Source: Eledone cirrhosa (taxonomy: Eukaryota). From it: a stretch of 64,000 bases of DNA. The number at the start of each line of letters is the position of its first letter. The stretch's first letter is position 1. The position numbers and the translations under genes are program-made. Under the pieces are notes generated by a model. It saw only the letters and a program-made list of their open reading frames with translations. It did no database searches and was not told the origin of the DNA. The stretch covers positions 7,006,001-7,070,000 of the forward strand of contig OZ024756.1 in assembly GCA_964016885.1 (NCBI GenBank). Reading direction: 5' to 3'. Positions 11,269 through 24,655 of this stretch are shown piece after piece.

Positions 11269-12668
11269 TATATTTAGTTTGATTTATAATTATATGGGAA
11301 ACTAGCCGATAAATCTTTGATTCTCTTTTTATAAATTTTTGATTCTCTTTTTATTCTTTTTATTTTTATTTTATTTTATTTTTATTTAAACATTCTTCAT
11401 GAAAAATTAAGCTACCCTAAAAGTTGATGCTCCAAATATTTCGAATAAACGTTACACTAGATAAACTTCTATATTAAATATAAGAACACATGTAGACCAA
11501 ATTGGGCATCCTAAACTTTTTGAAATGATCTTTGCTAGATGCGATTTGATAGATAATTTTTGGCTTTATCTGTTTTTCGACTCTGATGTTTATAATGAAC
11601 TTGGCAATATATTGTCAATTAATTTTGAAGGGTTGATCTTTGTGGTTTATCTTATTTTATTTTTATTATTGTAGTATTTCCTAATATTTTTATTTTTAAT
11701 ATTTTTAATATGTAAATTTTTTAATATGTAATATTTTTAATATGTAATATTCTTTCGTAATATTTTTTAGTTTTCTATTTTATTATTACTTATTATTATT
11801 ATTGTTATTTTTAGTTTTGTTTCTGATATATTTTTATTTTTATTAGTATATTGAAATCTGCTCTATTTTTGCTTGATAGATAATCTTGTAGAGTAGAGAC
11901 AGAAATAGTAATATTGACTCTATATACACATATATGTATACATAAATTTTTATACCACATTGAGAATGTTTTCCGTGAGCCTAGGGTTTGCAGAGTTGAT
12001 CATGTAGATTCACATAGATGTTTGTAATTATCACATAAACATATGAATTTTTTTAAAAAACTAAACATAAGATCATTAATTTTCACACATTGTGGATACA
12101 TGTCTCATTCAGGAATACTGATATTTACAATGTAGTGGCTGGTTTTGTAAATACTAATACCTCTACATTAAAACAGAGGTTTTTACGCCTCGCCTGTGTC
12201 TGGTTATTTTTAAATTTTTTTCTCTCTCTATTTTTTCTCTCTCTATATTTTTTCTCTATATATATAACAGCTGGTTTCTCTCCATATATCTCCCTTACAT
12301 TAATACTAGAGCTAAATAAATAAATAAATAAATAAATGTATCATTGATACGTTATTCAACAGACGTCCCACTACCTAGTTTTCTATATATATGTATCTAT
12401 CTCTATTTCCTCTCTCTCTATATATATATATATATCTTTCTGTTTCTTTACATGAAGTTCTTCTCTTTATCTATCTTTCCATCTCTCTATTTTGTTCCAT
12501 GCATTTCTTCTTTTTCTTCTTTTTCTTCGTTTTCTGTCTTTCTTTCCTTTTTTCTCTCTTTCTTTCTCTCTGTGTACAATTTTTTCACTACCAAATCAAC
12601 CTTTTCAAATGCAAGTCGATGTTGTTACGGTATGTCAAATCTATTTATCTATAAAACTGTTTATATTG

Positions 12669-12734
12669 TATTTTGTCTGAGGAAGGCATAGCATATTGTT
12701 AATATAATATGCCTGAAATATATATAATGAAATA
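12669..12734 (+). ncRNA. Type I hammerhead ribozyme in 3' pLTR
   Basis: CTGAGGA, stem II AGGCATA/TATGCCT, GAAA, palindromic stem III, UA cleavage site, stem I TATTTTGT/ATGAAATA. Confidence 0.8.
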
Positions 12735-12863
12735 AATATGGTTTTATAAATATAGTTTCCATTTATTTAATATTGTAAATATACTCCAAATATTTGTCGA
12801 GTGCTTTTATATCAGTTATAAATATTTACTAGTTGTAACCCAACAATTTAAATATAACTTTCC

Positions 12864-12950
<87 letters not shown>

Positions 12951-12952
12951 TA

Positions 12953-13240
12953 TTAAAGTGTTAAACAATATTCAATGATTATGTCAAAGAATGAGTTTTA
13001 CAGTAGATTGGAAGCACTCAACGGGAAAAAAAATTATTTTCTGGAGTTATTAATATTAAAATGTAAGTTTTAATAAAATAGACTAAAATGACTACCTTGA
13101 TTAAATCTTAACCATTTAACATCTCACAGTATGTCATGCATCATTATATTTTGTCTGATGAGGACGTACTGTTGTACATACGAAATATGTATAATAAAAT
13201 GTAATTGATCAAAAGAACATCTATTTTATTAATACTTATA

Positions 13241-13248
<8 letters not shown>
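12953..13248. mobile_element. Fold-back pLTR fragment with hammerhead (13144-13204, +)
   Basis: ATATTTTGT-CTGATGA-GGACGTAC tgtt GTACATAC-GAAA-TATGTA-TA-ATAAAATGT; 13049-13081 inverted against 13221-13248; same family as 44181-44247. Confidence 0.65.
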
Positions 13249-13292
<44 letters not shown>

Positions 13293-13494
13293 GTAATTCC
13301 GTCGGAAAGGTCCAGGAAAAGAGAGTGCTCTATGTATGTATATATATATATCTATATATGCGTGTGCGTATGTATGCGTGTATATTTGTGTGTATGTATG
13401 TGTATGTGTGTATATATATATGTGTGTGTGTATATATATATATGTGTGTTTGAGTATTTATGTGTATGTGTATGTATGGAAATATATATGTGTG

Positions 13495-13543
<49 letters not shown>

Positions 13544-13673
13544 ATGTGTGCATGTGTGTTTATCTACTTTTATATTGATTCTTGTTCCTTTCCTTCTTCC
13601 TTTTCCAGCCTCACATTCATATATATTATATTTTTGTTTTTAAAATGCACTGTCAATAAATACACCAGGATTT

Positions 13674-13734
13674 TTTAATTCTGATGACTGAAAGCAAATT
13701 TTGTTTGCTTTCAAGAAACCACTGGTAAATGAAA
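13674..13734 (+). ncRNA. Type I hammerhead ribozyme
   Basis: CTGATGA, stem II TGAAAGCAAA/TTTGCTTTCA, GAAA, CCA-c-TGG, TA; a degenerate relative lies at 7995-8056 (CTGAATGA..GAAACC..GGTA, same TTTATTACATAA tail). Confidence 0.72.
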
Positions 13735-13786
13735 TAATTATCTTATGTTGTTTATTACATAACTATATATATATAAATATATATTT

Positions 13787-14043
13787 AAGCAAGGAGATAT
13801 TTAATTTGTTGGTAATTCCACAAATATATTTATAACAGATTCGAAGCACTCGACAATTTTTCTGGAGTATAATATCAATGATATTAATAAATGGAAACTA
13901 TATTTATAAAACCATATTTATTCTATTATATATATTTCAAGGGTACCAAAACTTTGGTACCCTCTCATCAGATAAAATACAAAATTTGTTTTATAAATAG
14001 TGCCATAACCAGGAATGAGACCTTAACGGTTCGAGTTCCGTTT

Positions 14044-14079
<36 letters not shown>

Positions 14080-14200
14080 AAACGGAACTCGAACCGTTAA
14101 GGTCTCATTCCTGGTTATGGCACTATTTATAAAACAAATTTTGTATTTTATCTGATGAGAGGGTACCAAAGTTTTGGTACCCTTGAAATATAATAAATTT
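13787..14200. mobile_element. Head-to-head solo pLTR pair around a (TA)n spacer; hammerheads at 13919-13979 (-) and 14144-14198 (+)
   Basis: About 13930-14046 inverted against 14077-14192; CTGATGA-GAGGGTACCAAA/TTTGGTACCCTT-GAAA; terminus resembles the pLTRs of the two large PLEs. Confidence 0.8.
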
Positions 14201-14254
14201 GAAGACTAAAATCCAAGCAGCGATTCTTTGCTTAAACTTTAATCTGTTATTTTA

Positions 14255-14333
<79 letters not shown>

Positions 14334-15121
14334 CGTGCGTGTGTGTTGGGTTTGATTGGGTTTGGTTGTGTGTGTGTGTGTGTTGGGTGTTATTGAGTGT
14401 GTGTTTGTATATATGTCTTTTCTAGTGGTTCGATAAGAAAGATCGATGTAATAAATGTCAGGTAAGAAAAATAAATACAGGGGTCGATGTGACCGACTAA
14501 CATTACATTTGTGCCCCAGTATGGCCGCTGTCTAGTGACTGAAACCAGCAAAACAAACAAACAAAATATACAACCAAACCCAACCAAACCCAACCAAACC
14601 AAAACAATCTCAGAACCACTATGGGATAAAATGTAGAGAATGTCAGTAATTACATGACGGTGGCTAACATAAGAAGGTTTCATCCATTATTTTAGTTATC
14701 AGACATATATTACAGAATCAAATATATATTGCAGCAACTGTCATTGTTAATAAAAACGAAGGACAAACATGGCATGTTTATACATTAAGCCTTGCATTAT
14801 GACCTACGGCCATGACAGCGGAGATGAAGAATTTTAGGGGTCATAGCAAATGAAAAAACGAATTAAGCATTGCATTATTATATAGCTAGGAGGCATTTTT
14901 ATATAACTAAAGTGAATGTTATTTGCTATGTTACTTAAAATCCCTGCACGCCGTCTCTGTAGTCCATCTACTCATTCTCTCGGCTATCTTGCCAATTAGT
15001 TCCCCGAACGTTATAATTCTAGTGGATTACATTAAATAGCTTAGAGTATTAGATGAGGCACAGGGAGTTGTCCATTATTATTGATAAAAGCTCTCAGTTA
15101 AGGCACATTATTTATCGAGGA

Positions 15122-15310
15122 TGGTGGATTGGCAGTATCGGTAAGGGTCGGACGCCATGCTTTGAAGCATAATGTTACCTCCCTTTATGATCTGAGTTCA
15201 AATCCCGCCGAGGTTATCTTTGCCTTTCATCCTTACGGGGTCGATAAAATAAAGTGCCAGTAATGCACTGGATTAATTGCTGGCATTGTGCCAAACGTTA
15301 AACAATTATT
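15122..15310 (+). mobile_element. tRNA-derived SINE family A
   Basis: A-box-like TGGCAGTATCGG, B box GAGTTCAAATCC, body TTTGCCTTTCATCCTTACGGGGTCGATAAAATAAAGT; many copies in the window. Confidence 0.8.
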
Positions 15311-15599
15311 TATCCATCTGTCTGTCTATTTATATATATATATATAACTCCCGATCTCTTAGTCTATGTATTTATCTATATACATTTATATATATATATA
15401 TATAATCACATATATTTTTATTGTTTGACCAGATGCTTTGTTTAACCACCATCTCAGTGTGTTTGGCCCTTAACGTATGTTGTAGCTCTGATTCATATGA
15501 ATCATCGAGCGCTTGCCACACATCTCGGAAGTTGTTTTTCGTTAATTCCTGAGCTGAAATACGATTCTCGCTAATTTATATTTATATATATATATATAT

Positions 15600-16100
15600 T
15601 GTTATAATTTGGGAGGGTCATGTTGCCAATAAGAAACACACGCACCATGAGGTTTCACTTCAATTTATAATAATAAATTTATAAATTTAGGAATTTATAA
15701 ATTTCCGGTTGGTTGGTTGGTTCCACAACCAGATGGTTGTTTATATATTGTCAAAGTTCTTTCGTCACACATTCTGTGACGTCTTCAGTGACTGGGGGTT
15801 CTTTTCTTTGTTTTTTTGATTTTTGTGCCTCTCCTTTGTTCTGTCCAAAAACAAGATGGCGTAGAACAGTAGAAAGGAGAGGCACAAAAAACAAAGAAAA
15901 TAATCTCCAGTCACTGAAGAGGTCACAGAATGTGTGACGAAAGATTGTGACAATATATAAACAACCATCTGGTTGTGGAACCAACCAACCAACCGGAAAT
16001 TTATAAATTCCTAAATTTATAAATTTATTATAATACATTGAAGTGAAAGCAACTGGTGCGTGTGTTTCTTATTCGCAACATGACCCTCCCAAAGTATAAC
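15600..16100. mobile_element. Fold-back element (about 200-bp arms) with hammerhead-like motifs at 15750-15792 (-) and 15910-15951 (+)
   Basis: GTCA-CTGAAGA-(G/C)GTCAC..GTGAC-GAAA-..-TGAC in both arms; stem III short and degenerate. Confidence 0.7.
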
Positions 16101-16157
16101 AATATCGGTTTCAACACACGTTTTCAGATAAAGAATATTGCTAAACAAATTCATAAA

Positions 16158-16302
<145 letters not shown>

Positions 16303-16452
16303 GATGAATTCTATCGTCCTCAACCTTTCCTCCATAATTCCTATTACCTGGGCAATGTTAATCTTGCACTCATTGTAAGGTTTCCAAATATTTAAAATTA
16401 TTTAAATTTGTATTTCCTATACCACAATGCTTCAAACAGGCTACAACACGTT

Positions 16453-16514
<62 letters not shown>

Positions 16515-16521
<7 letters not shown>

Positions 16522-16920
16522 AGATCAAAAGATGGTTAAAGGAGTTCCATATATTTTATTATGCGCATTTCAAAAACAAACATCATCAGGCAATAATATT
16601 TGTGTTTTCATCAGATAAAACAGGAGAACATGATATGAAGGCTAAAAGACACTTGTTGATAGTGCAGTTTTAAATCAACATAACTGCACTATCAACAAGT
16701 GTTTTTTAGCCTTCATATCATGTTCTCCTGTTTTATCTGATGAAAACACAAATATTATTGCTTGATGATGTTTGTTTTTGAAATGCGCATAATAAAATAT
16801 ATGGAACTCCTTTAACCATCTTTTGATCTTATATTATGCATACTCCAGTCCCACAAACTGTAGAGTGCTTCTTATCCGATATCTGCATTGCTTTATTGTA
16901 CTACAATAAAACTCACCCCC

Positions 16921-16922
<2 letters not shown>
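16515..16922. mobile_element. Fold-back pLTR element with hammerheads at 16552-16622 (-) and 16729-16799 (+)
   Basis: TGTTTTAT-CTGATGA-AAACACAAA..TTTGTTTTT-GAAA-TGCGCA-TA-ATAAAATA; near-perfect inverted arms; TA flanks. Confidence 0.85.
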
Positions 16923-16973
<51 letters not shown>

Positions 16974-17026
16974 TAATAAAAATAATGAATAAAAACAAAG
17001 AAACAGTTCCTTATATTAAAAAATTC

Positions 17027-17164
17027 ATCATTTTACGATCGTTTCTAGGATATATATATGTGTATTGGTATGTTGGTATATATATCATATATATCTATGT
17101 AAAACTTTTACCAACTATCAGAGGGAATATACATACCTACAGATATATATGCTGTCTTCAGAAA

Positions 17165-17168
<4 letters not shown>
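17027..17168 (-). ncRNA. Degenerate hammerhead-like motif with long stem II
   Basis: TTTTT-CTGAAGA-long ATATATAT-closed stem-GAAA-CGATCG-TA-AAAT. Confidence 0.45.
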
Positions 17169-17195
<27 letters not shown>

Positions 17196-17317
17196 TATCA
17201 ATCTATCTCTTTGACTAAACATCACTGATGATGGATTAAGACATTCTGGTGTTTTCAGACGGCTACTGAGATAGCTGTGGCATGTCTACATCTTAAAATA
17301 GTCATATCGAGAGAGAG

Positions 17318-17395
<78 letters not shown>

Positions 17396-18275
17396 GGAAA
17401 GAGAGAAAAATACTGATAGAAATGTTGTTTAGCTCTACGTTTGCTAAGGTTGTATTTTGTCACAACATTAGATATATGAAGACATATATCATTGACACCT
17501 CCCTGTCTTTAAAACTGTAGTGTATATGTAGAAATGCCGGATACTATTCTGTTCCTTTCGCAATTCAAATACTTCTGCTTGAACTTTGCTTTTTATATCA
17601 TTCGGATATTTATATACGATTTGCTAACTCTAATATTTCGCACTCATCGTAATGTTGTGCAGGAAGTTTAGGATTATCAATATACTCATCATCATCTTCA
17701 TTATTATATTCGTTGTCGTGGATTTCTCATTGAAGATTCTCTATCGTTCAGTGACATTTGAAGAATGTAAAATCTAGTGAAAAAAATCTTAGTCATAGGA
17801 GACAAGAGAGCGGTCATGATATTTTGCAGGTGTTATTTAAAGGAAGCAAGTAGAAAGAATGCCAACATCAGTGTGGATTCTGCCAAAGACTAACTCGCTG
17901 GCAAAGGTCAGATGAAAGAATATGTCCACATCCCAATAACAGTGACAGTCTATCCGACAGATATGTACTCAAATTCCGTCTATACAATTTCATTCTCGAT
18001 ACCTCGGAAGACAGGAGGCTTTATTGTGGTAGATGCCTTACAACGAGACTTCACACGAAGTCTCGTGTTCGCCCAAGTGATATTTGTAATTATACGATCA
18101 TACTGTTCACTCATGAAAAGAGAGAAAGCCTGAAAATTTAGCATAGAAAAACTACAGGGCAGTAAAACATACGAGGATAACGTTTCGTCTTATGTAAGAA
18201 TATTAGCGATGTTTTTGACAAAAACAACGTGGGTTTTAAACAGGTCTGAAGTAAGTACAAAAGTAGAGATACGAA

Positions 18276-19325
18276 TCTCTCAGGAGAGCTGGATAGCAGA
18301 AGGTCTTCAGAGAAGAAACCCTCAGGAGAGCTGGACAGCAGAAGGTATTCAGAGATGAAACTCTCAGGAGAGCTCGACAGCAGAAGGTCTTCAGAGAAGA
18401 AACCCTCAGGAGAGCTGGACAGCAGAAGGTCTTCAGAGAAGAAACCCTCAGGAGAGCTGGACAGCAGAAGGTCTTCAGAGAAGAAACCCTCAGGAGAGCT
18501 GGACAGCAGAAGGTATTCAGAGAAAAAATTCTCAGGAGACCTGGACCGTAGAAAGTCTTCAGAGAAGACACTCTCAGGAGATTTGGACAGCAGAACGTTT
18601 TCAGAGAAGAAACTCTCAGGAGAGCTGGACAGCAGAAGTTCTACAGAGAGGAAACTCTCAGTAGAGCTGGAAAGCAGGTCTTCAGAGAAGAAACTCTCAG
18701 GAGAGCTGGACAGCAGAAGGTATTCAGAGATGAAACTCTCAGGAGAGCTGGATAGCAGAAGGTCTTCAGAGAAGAAACCCTCAGGAGAGCTGGACAGCAG
18801 AAGGTCTTCAGAGAAGAAACTCTCAGGAGAGCTGGACAGCAGAAGGTCTTCAGAGAAGAAACTCTCAGGATAGCTGGACAGCAGGTCTTCAGAGAAGAAA
18901 CTCTCAAGAGAGCTAAACAGCAGAAAGTCTTCAGAGAAGAAACTCTCAGGAGACCTGGACAGCAGAAGGTCTTCAGAGAAAAAACACTCAGGAGAGCTGT
19001 ACAACAGAAGGTCTTCAGAGATGAAACTCTCAGGAGAGCTGGACAGCAGAAGGTCTTCAGAGAAGAAACTCTCAGGAGAGCTGGACAGCAGAAGGTCTTC
19101 AGAGATGAAACACTCAGGAGAGCTGGACAGCAGAAGGTCTTCAGAGATGCAACTCTCAGGAGAGCTGGACAGCAGAAGGTCTTCAGAGAAGAAACTCTCA
19201 GGAGAGCTGGACCGCAGAAGGTATTCAGAATATGAAACTCTCAGGAGAGCTAGATAGCAGAATATCTTCAGAGAAGAAACCCTCAGGAGAGCTGGACAGC
19301 AGAAGGTCTTCAGAGAAGAAACCCT
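18276..19325. repeat. 42-bp minisatellite, about 25 copies
   Basis: Unit CTCTCAGGAGAGCTGGACAGCAGAAGGTCTTCAGAGAAGAAA. Confidence 0.95.
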
Positions 19326-19470
19326 ATCCCTAAAACGGGCGTTGCGGCCCTTAATTTCTTAAATAAATCATATATCTATGATTTATATATATAATTCTAT
19401 GTAGTTTTATATTCTATCCCAGTGAATGACTATAAAAATACTTAGAAAAACATTACCATTATTGTATTAT

Positions 19471-19662
19471 GGGTGGATTGGCAGTATCGGTAAAGGGCCT
19501 AACGTCATGCTTTGACACATAGGGTTACGGCCCTTGCCATTCTGAGTTCAAATCCCGCCGAGGTTAACTTTGCCTTTCATCCTTACGGGGTCGATAAAAT
19601 AAAGTACCAGTAATTCACTGTGATAATTGCTGACCTTGTGCCAAAAATAGAAACAATTATTT
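19471..19662 (+). mobile_element. SINE family A
   Basis: Same A/B boxes and body. Confidence 0.8.
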
Positions 19663-22286
19663 AAGAACAGTAAAGGAAGGGAAAGGTGAGGGTTCTAGGG
19701 TCATCAAATAATGGAAGGGGGTAAGGGGAGGCGGAGCTGGAGCTCTACCCCGCGGACATGACGACAAAAGCATTCCCGAAGACAATTGCCAGCGACACAT
19801 GCTGCAACAGCAACCCCACCTCACAGGGGCTCTTCCCTCACAAGGGCTGCCTACGTTCTGACCTTGTGGAGGAGCTCGACATTACGGGGTGTGACTACGC
19901 CTGAGCTCTCGACGGTGACCAGTGTGAAGAGGATGTGGCCGGACAATCTCCGGTATTTGTTTTTCTTCTTTTACACTGAATGGCAGACCACGGTACCGGG
20001 GTTTGTGGCCGAAGCGACTAAGTTGGAGGCAAACAATGTGTCCCAACATGTGGCGTCCCAGAGATCTACCTCATTCGAATGGGAAGACGGTAATTCCGTC
20101 AACTACATCAATAATTTCTGCCAGGTAACAAGAGGAAGTAGAATGCCCTGACATTTCCAAATACCTGATGCATGTAATGTACCAGAATTACAGGAGTACC
20201 AATGGCTTCCACCTGGAATTGAAATCAGACATTTTGTCTCATATTGCTGGAATATTTGTCAGTTTATCATTATCTTCGCAGGACACTAGTAAATTTTGTA
20301 TTTTGCTCTTCTGGTAAACTTCTCGGTCTTCAGATGTAAAGACCTCTCTCCCTATCTATCTCTATCTATCAATCTATGTATCTATCTATCACCCTCTCCT
20401 GCTCTTTCTATCGCTCTCTCTCTCCCCTCTCTCCGTTTCACCTTCTACCCCGCTCTCTCTCTCTTTCTCTCTCTCCATCCCACATGTTATTTCTGTGTAC
20501 GTCTCTCTGATTAAATTTCTACCTTATCAGTTTGAAACTTCTTTACAGCTATTTTTATTATAGGAAATAATATATACAAGACACCTTACACAAACGCATG
20601 CGTACACACAAAAAAGACAAACATATATGTAATATATATATATATGTGTGTGTGTGTTAGTGTGTATGTGTGTGGGTGTGGGGGGAGGGCGTGTGCGTGT
20701 GCGTGTGTGTGTGTGTGTTAGTGTGTGTGTGTGTGGGTGTGGGGGGAGGGCGTGTGCGTGTGTGTGTGTATGTGTGTGTCCGTATGTATCTGTATGTATG
20801 CGACATTGTACACATCTCTATATATTTATTTTTTGCTTTGTCATTTTTGTTCAATGTTTGGCAATATTAGCGGTTTAACTGCTCAGCATTCATTCCGGTG
20901 TAGCCTCGGTTTCCGGTCACTTTCTTTAGAAAGTCCTTCTTTCGGAGATTTTCTTAATATGTTTCCAACTTTCCCCGTTTTCAAATGAAGCTTTTTATTC
21001 AATACCGATATATTATATAATAAAAGAGAGACAACTATTACGACTCTAAAGTAATTTCTTTTATCATCTTCACTTTTGTATTTAGCTTTAAACAACTTGG
21101 ATAATTCTATGTATGAATTAGGCCAGCCTCATTTAAATGTCTTATCTGATATATAAAATATAAAGTAGAGATTTGTATAAAGAATGTGTCTGTTAAGCTT
21201 TGAAGTAGAACAGAGTTTGGTCTTGTTAATGTTAACAAGAAAAATACACGCATAGAGACGAGAGAAAAAGCGAAAAGAAAAGTGGGAGGTTGTTGTTGCT
21301 GTTGTTGTTGGTGGTGTTGGTGTTGTTGGTGTTGGTGCTGTTGTTGTTGTTGTTGCTGGTGGTGGTGGTGGTGCTGTTGTTGTTTTTGTTGTTGCTGTTG
21401 TTGTTGGTGTTGGTGTTGGTGTTGTTGTTTTTGTTGGTGCTGTTGTTGTTGCTGTTGCTGTTGTTGTTGTTATTGTTGTTGCTGTTGTTGTAGATGTTGT
21501 TGTTGTTGTTGCTGTTGATATGGTATCAGTCCGAATAGTTTTACTGTAGAATTCTCCTGAGGATAGATATTACATCATAGAAGAATTATTTTAGCCACTT
21601 ACACAGACACACACAGACACACACACATAGACACACACACACACACACACATACATTGACACACATACACAGACGCACACTCACATACACTGACACACAC
21701 ACACACGCACATACAGACACACACACACACACACCCATACAGACACACACATAGACACACACACACACACACTGACACACACACATATACACACACTCAC
21801 ATACACTGATACACACACATACACACACACACGCACATACAGACACACACACACACACATACAGACACACACATAGACACATGCAGACACACGCATAGAC
21901 ACACACACATAGACACAGACGCACACGCTCACACACACAAACAAAGAGACACACACAAATAGGGAGACATACAGACACACAGACACTGACACACACATAG
22001 ACACACACACACACACATACACTGACACACACACACATAAACACACACTCACAAACAGCGAGACACAAACACACACATAGAGACAGACGCACACTCTCAC
22101 ATACACAAACAAAGAGACACACACAAATAGCGAGACACAAACACACACAGACACTGACACACACACATACACATACACACAAAAACAGCGAGACACAAAC
22201 ACACACATAGAGACAGACGCAAATACTCGCTCGAGAGAAACAGTGTAGTATATACTATTCAAGTCATCATCACTCTCTATTACTTT

Positions 22287-22375
<89 letters not shown>

Positions 22376-22376
<1 letters not shown>

Positions 22377-22895
22377 AAAGAATAGAGGTGTAACACACAA
22401 GTTATTATATATTGGTAAACGGAATAGAAAATGCTGACAAATTGTTCACAGTTGAAAAATGGTTTAATTAGGAATAAAAGAGTATTACTGATTGTATGGG
22501 TTAGTATTCAGTTGTGGTTTTAAGTTTTTAAGTTTTTACCGGTTGCGCATTTCTAAATGCTTTTCAAAAATAATTTTGAGATAGAGTGTCCGTGCTGTTT
22601 GCTCTGATCTGATTAGTTTTGGGAATTCTACCTGTTTTTATGTTAAAAAAATGGCTCCAGCGTTATTTTTGTGTTGCAAAAATGCTTGTGGTCAAAACAA
22701 TTTTGATTGGTCGGTAGAGGTCATGTGAATGTAAAAAGTTGATTTTGCGCCAATACTGTTTTTATGTTAAAATGTTAGAAAAGTGGCTCCAGCAAAAATT
22801 ATTGGTCAAAACAATTTTGATTGGTCGGTAGAGGTCATGTGGATAAAATATTGGTTTTGCGCCAAGATTGAGAAATGACTCTTTCACAACAAATA

Positions 22896-22954
<59 letters not shown>

Positions 22955-23023
22955 TAGTAGGAGTAAGGTGTTCGATGCTGCGACAATAGCCACCAGCGAT
23001 GTGTGTCAAATGGCTATTAAGAT

Positions 23024-23065
<42 letters not shown>

Positions 23066-23202
23066 ACATACACACAGCAGAGTCATTCGAAGGTCAAAAG
23101 ATATTTTTCAGCTTTTGTCTTATACGGAGAAGTGCGTGTGTGTGTGTGTGTGTGTGTATAAGTCTCTTTGTATGTTGATGTACGCGTGTGTATGTGTTTG
23201 TG

Positions 23203-23245
<43 letters not shown>

Positions 23246-23411
23246 GTGGGTGGACCAGTATTTTTTTCCCCCTGGTAAAATGGTGTACATTATTCGATTT
23301 TTTCAGTATAATCGGTTCTCTTAATAGAACATCAACAATCTTAACAATAAAAGGTGTGAAATGATATTCACTATATATATATACACACACACACACATAT
23401 ATATATATGTT

Positions 23412-23442
<31 letters not shown>

Positions 23443-24590
23443 AACATATATACATACATATATATGCACATATATTTTTTTGTATTGCACCATAGAGCAT
23501 GTGTGTTTACGTGTGTCATTGTGTTTATATGTGGGTAGAGATGTGTGCTGATGTAGGTATGTATGTTGACGTGTGTATGTTGTGGGCTCGTCTTAGGGAG
23601 AAGTGTTTAGACGGGGTCCGTATTTGTTAATGAAGTAAGATTCCTTGCTGATGCGCTGGGTGTGGGTGGCATTATCTTTAAATTTGTAGAGGGGAAAGAT
23701 TCTGAAGTTGGGATGATTTTGGGCGGCGCAGGTATCAATGTGTTCACTCAGTGGTATTTTCCTGTATTCCCGTATTTTAATTTGGGATCTATGGACAGTC
23801 ATGCGTTGGCGGAGGCTGTTTTTGGTCTGGCCTATGTATTGTTCTCGACAACCTGAACAAGTTAATACATATATTAAATTTTCCGATGCACATGTGAAAT
23901 TGTGTTTTACTATAAAACGTTGTCCATCTTTGAAATAGAATTCCGAACCCTCTATTAGGTTGATGCAAATGCCACAGTTGGGTCTATCGCATTTTTTTAC
24001 TGTGGGTTTCGTTGTTGTGGTTGGCAGTACTTTGGCATGTGTTAAGATGTTTTTCATTGACTTGGATTGTCTTTTGCTCTTTATGATATCGTGTGTTCGT
24101 AGAATTTGGTTCATTCTATGGTCCTTTTCAATACAGGGATGTTCTGGAGGATGGTGTCAAAGGCCTCATTGTTGGGGGGGTTGTGTGTGGAGATGTATGG
24201 AAGAGCTTTTAGTTTTGGTTGATTTACTTTAGGGTGTCTAAGGTCTAAAGTCTTGGCGCAAAATCAACTTTTTACATTCACATGACCTCTACCGACCAAT
24301 CAAAATTGTTTTGACCACAAGCATTTTTGCAACACAAAAATAACGCTGGAGCCATTTTTTTAACATAAAAACAGGTAGAATTCCCAAAACTAATCAGATC
24401 AGAGCAAACAGCACGGACACTCTATCTCAAAATTATTTTTGAAAAGCATTTAGAAATGCGCAACCGGTAAAAACTTAAAAACTTAAAACCACACCTGAAT
24501 ACTAACCCATACAATCACTAATACTCTTTTATTCCTAATTAAACCATTTTTCAACTGTGAACAATTTGTCAGCATTTTCTATTCCGTTTA

Positions 24591-24598
<8 letters not shown>
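22376..24598 (-). mobile_element. 5'-truncated PLE (Neptune-like) with inverted terminal duplication
   Basis: About 22405-22752 is the reverse complement of about 24255-24598; endonuclease ORF lies between them; (TA)n flanks. Confidence 0.8.
23593..24114 (-). pseudogene. PLE C-terminal zinc finger + GIY-YIG endonuclease fragment
   Basis: KCDRPNCGIC, FTCASENLIYVLTCSGC, YIGQT, LRQRMTVH, PLSEH, KESYFI, LN. Confidence 0.88.

Positions 24599-24655
<57 letters not shown>

Larger units (their letters stand above)
8291..12868 (+). mobile_element. Full-length PLE: inverted partial pLTR (8291-8522), 5' pLTR (8523-9010), ORF, long AT-rich 3' UTR, 3' pLTR (12384-12868), inserted in (TA)n
   Basis: 8523-9010 is nearly identical to 12384-12868; 8291-8522 is the reverse complement of about 8688-8919; (TA)n on both flanks. 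Confidence 0.92.

Noticed and set aside
15122-15215. tRNA genes suggested by A and B boxes
   Set aside because: No cloverleaf; these are SINE heads followed by the conserved SINE body
17224-17240. Isolated CTGATGA motifs (also near 5313 minus, 24806 plus, 55565 minus)
   Set aside because: No correctly placed GAAA, stem III or stem I could be built
17831-17893. Possible plus-strand terminal exon after TTTTGCAG
   Set aside because: Only about 20 codons, no partner exons and no recognisable similarity
19786-20151. GC-richer 121-aa ORF
   Set aside because: No recognisable motif or convincing splice sites; probably an unidentified repeat fragment
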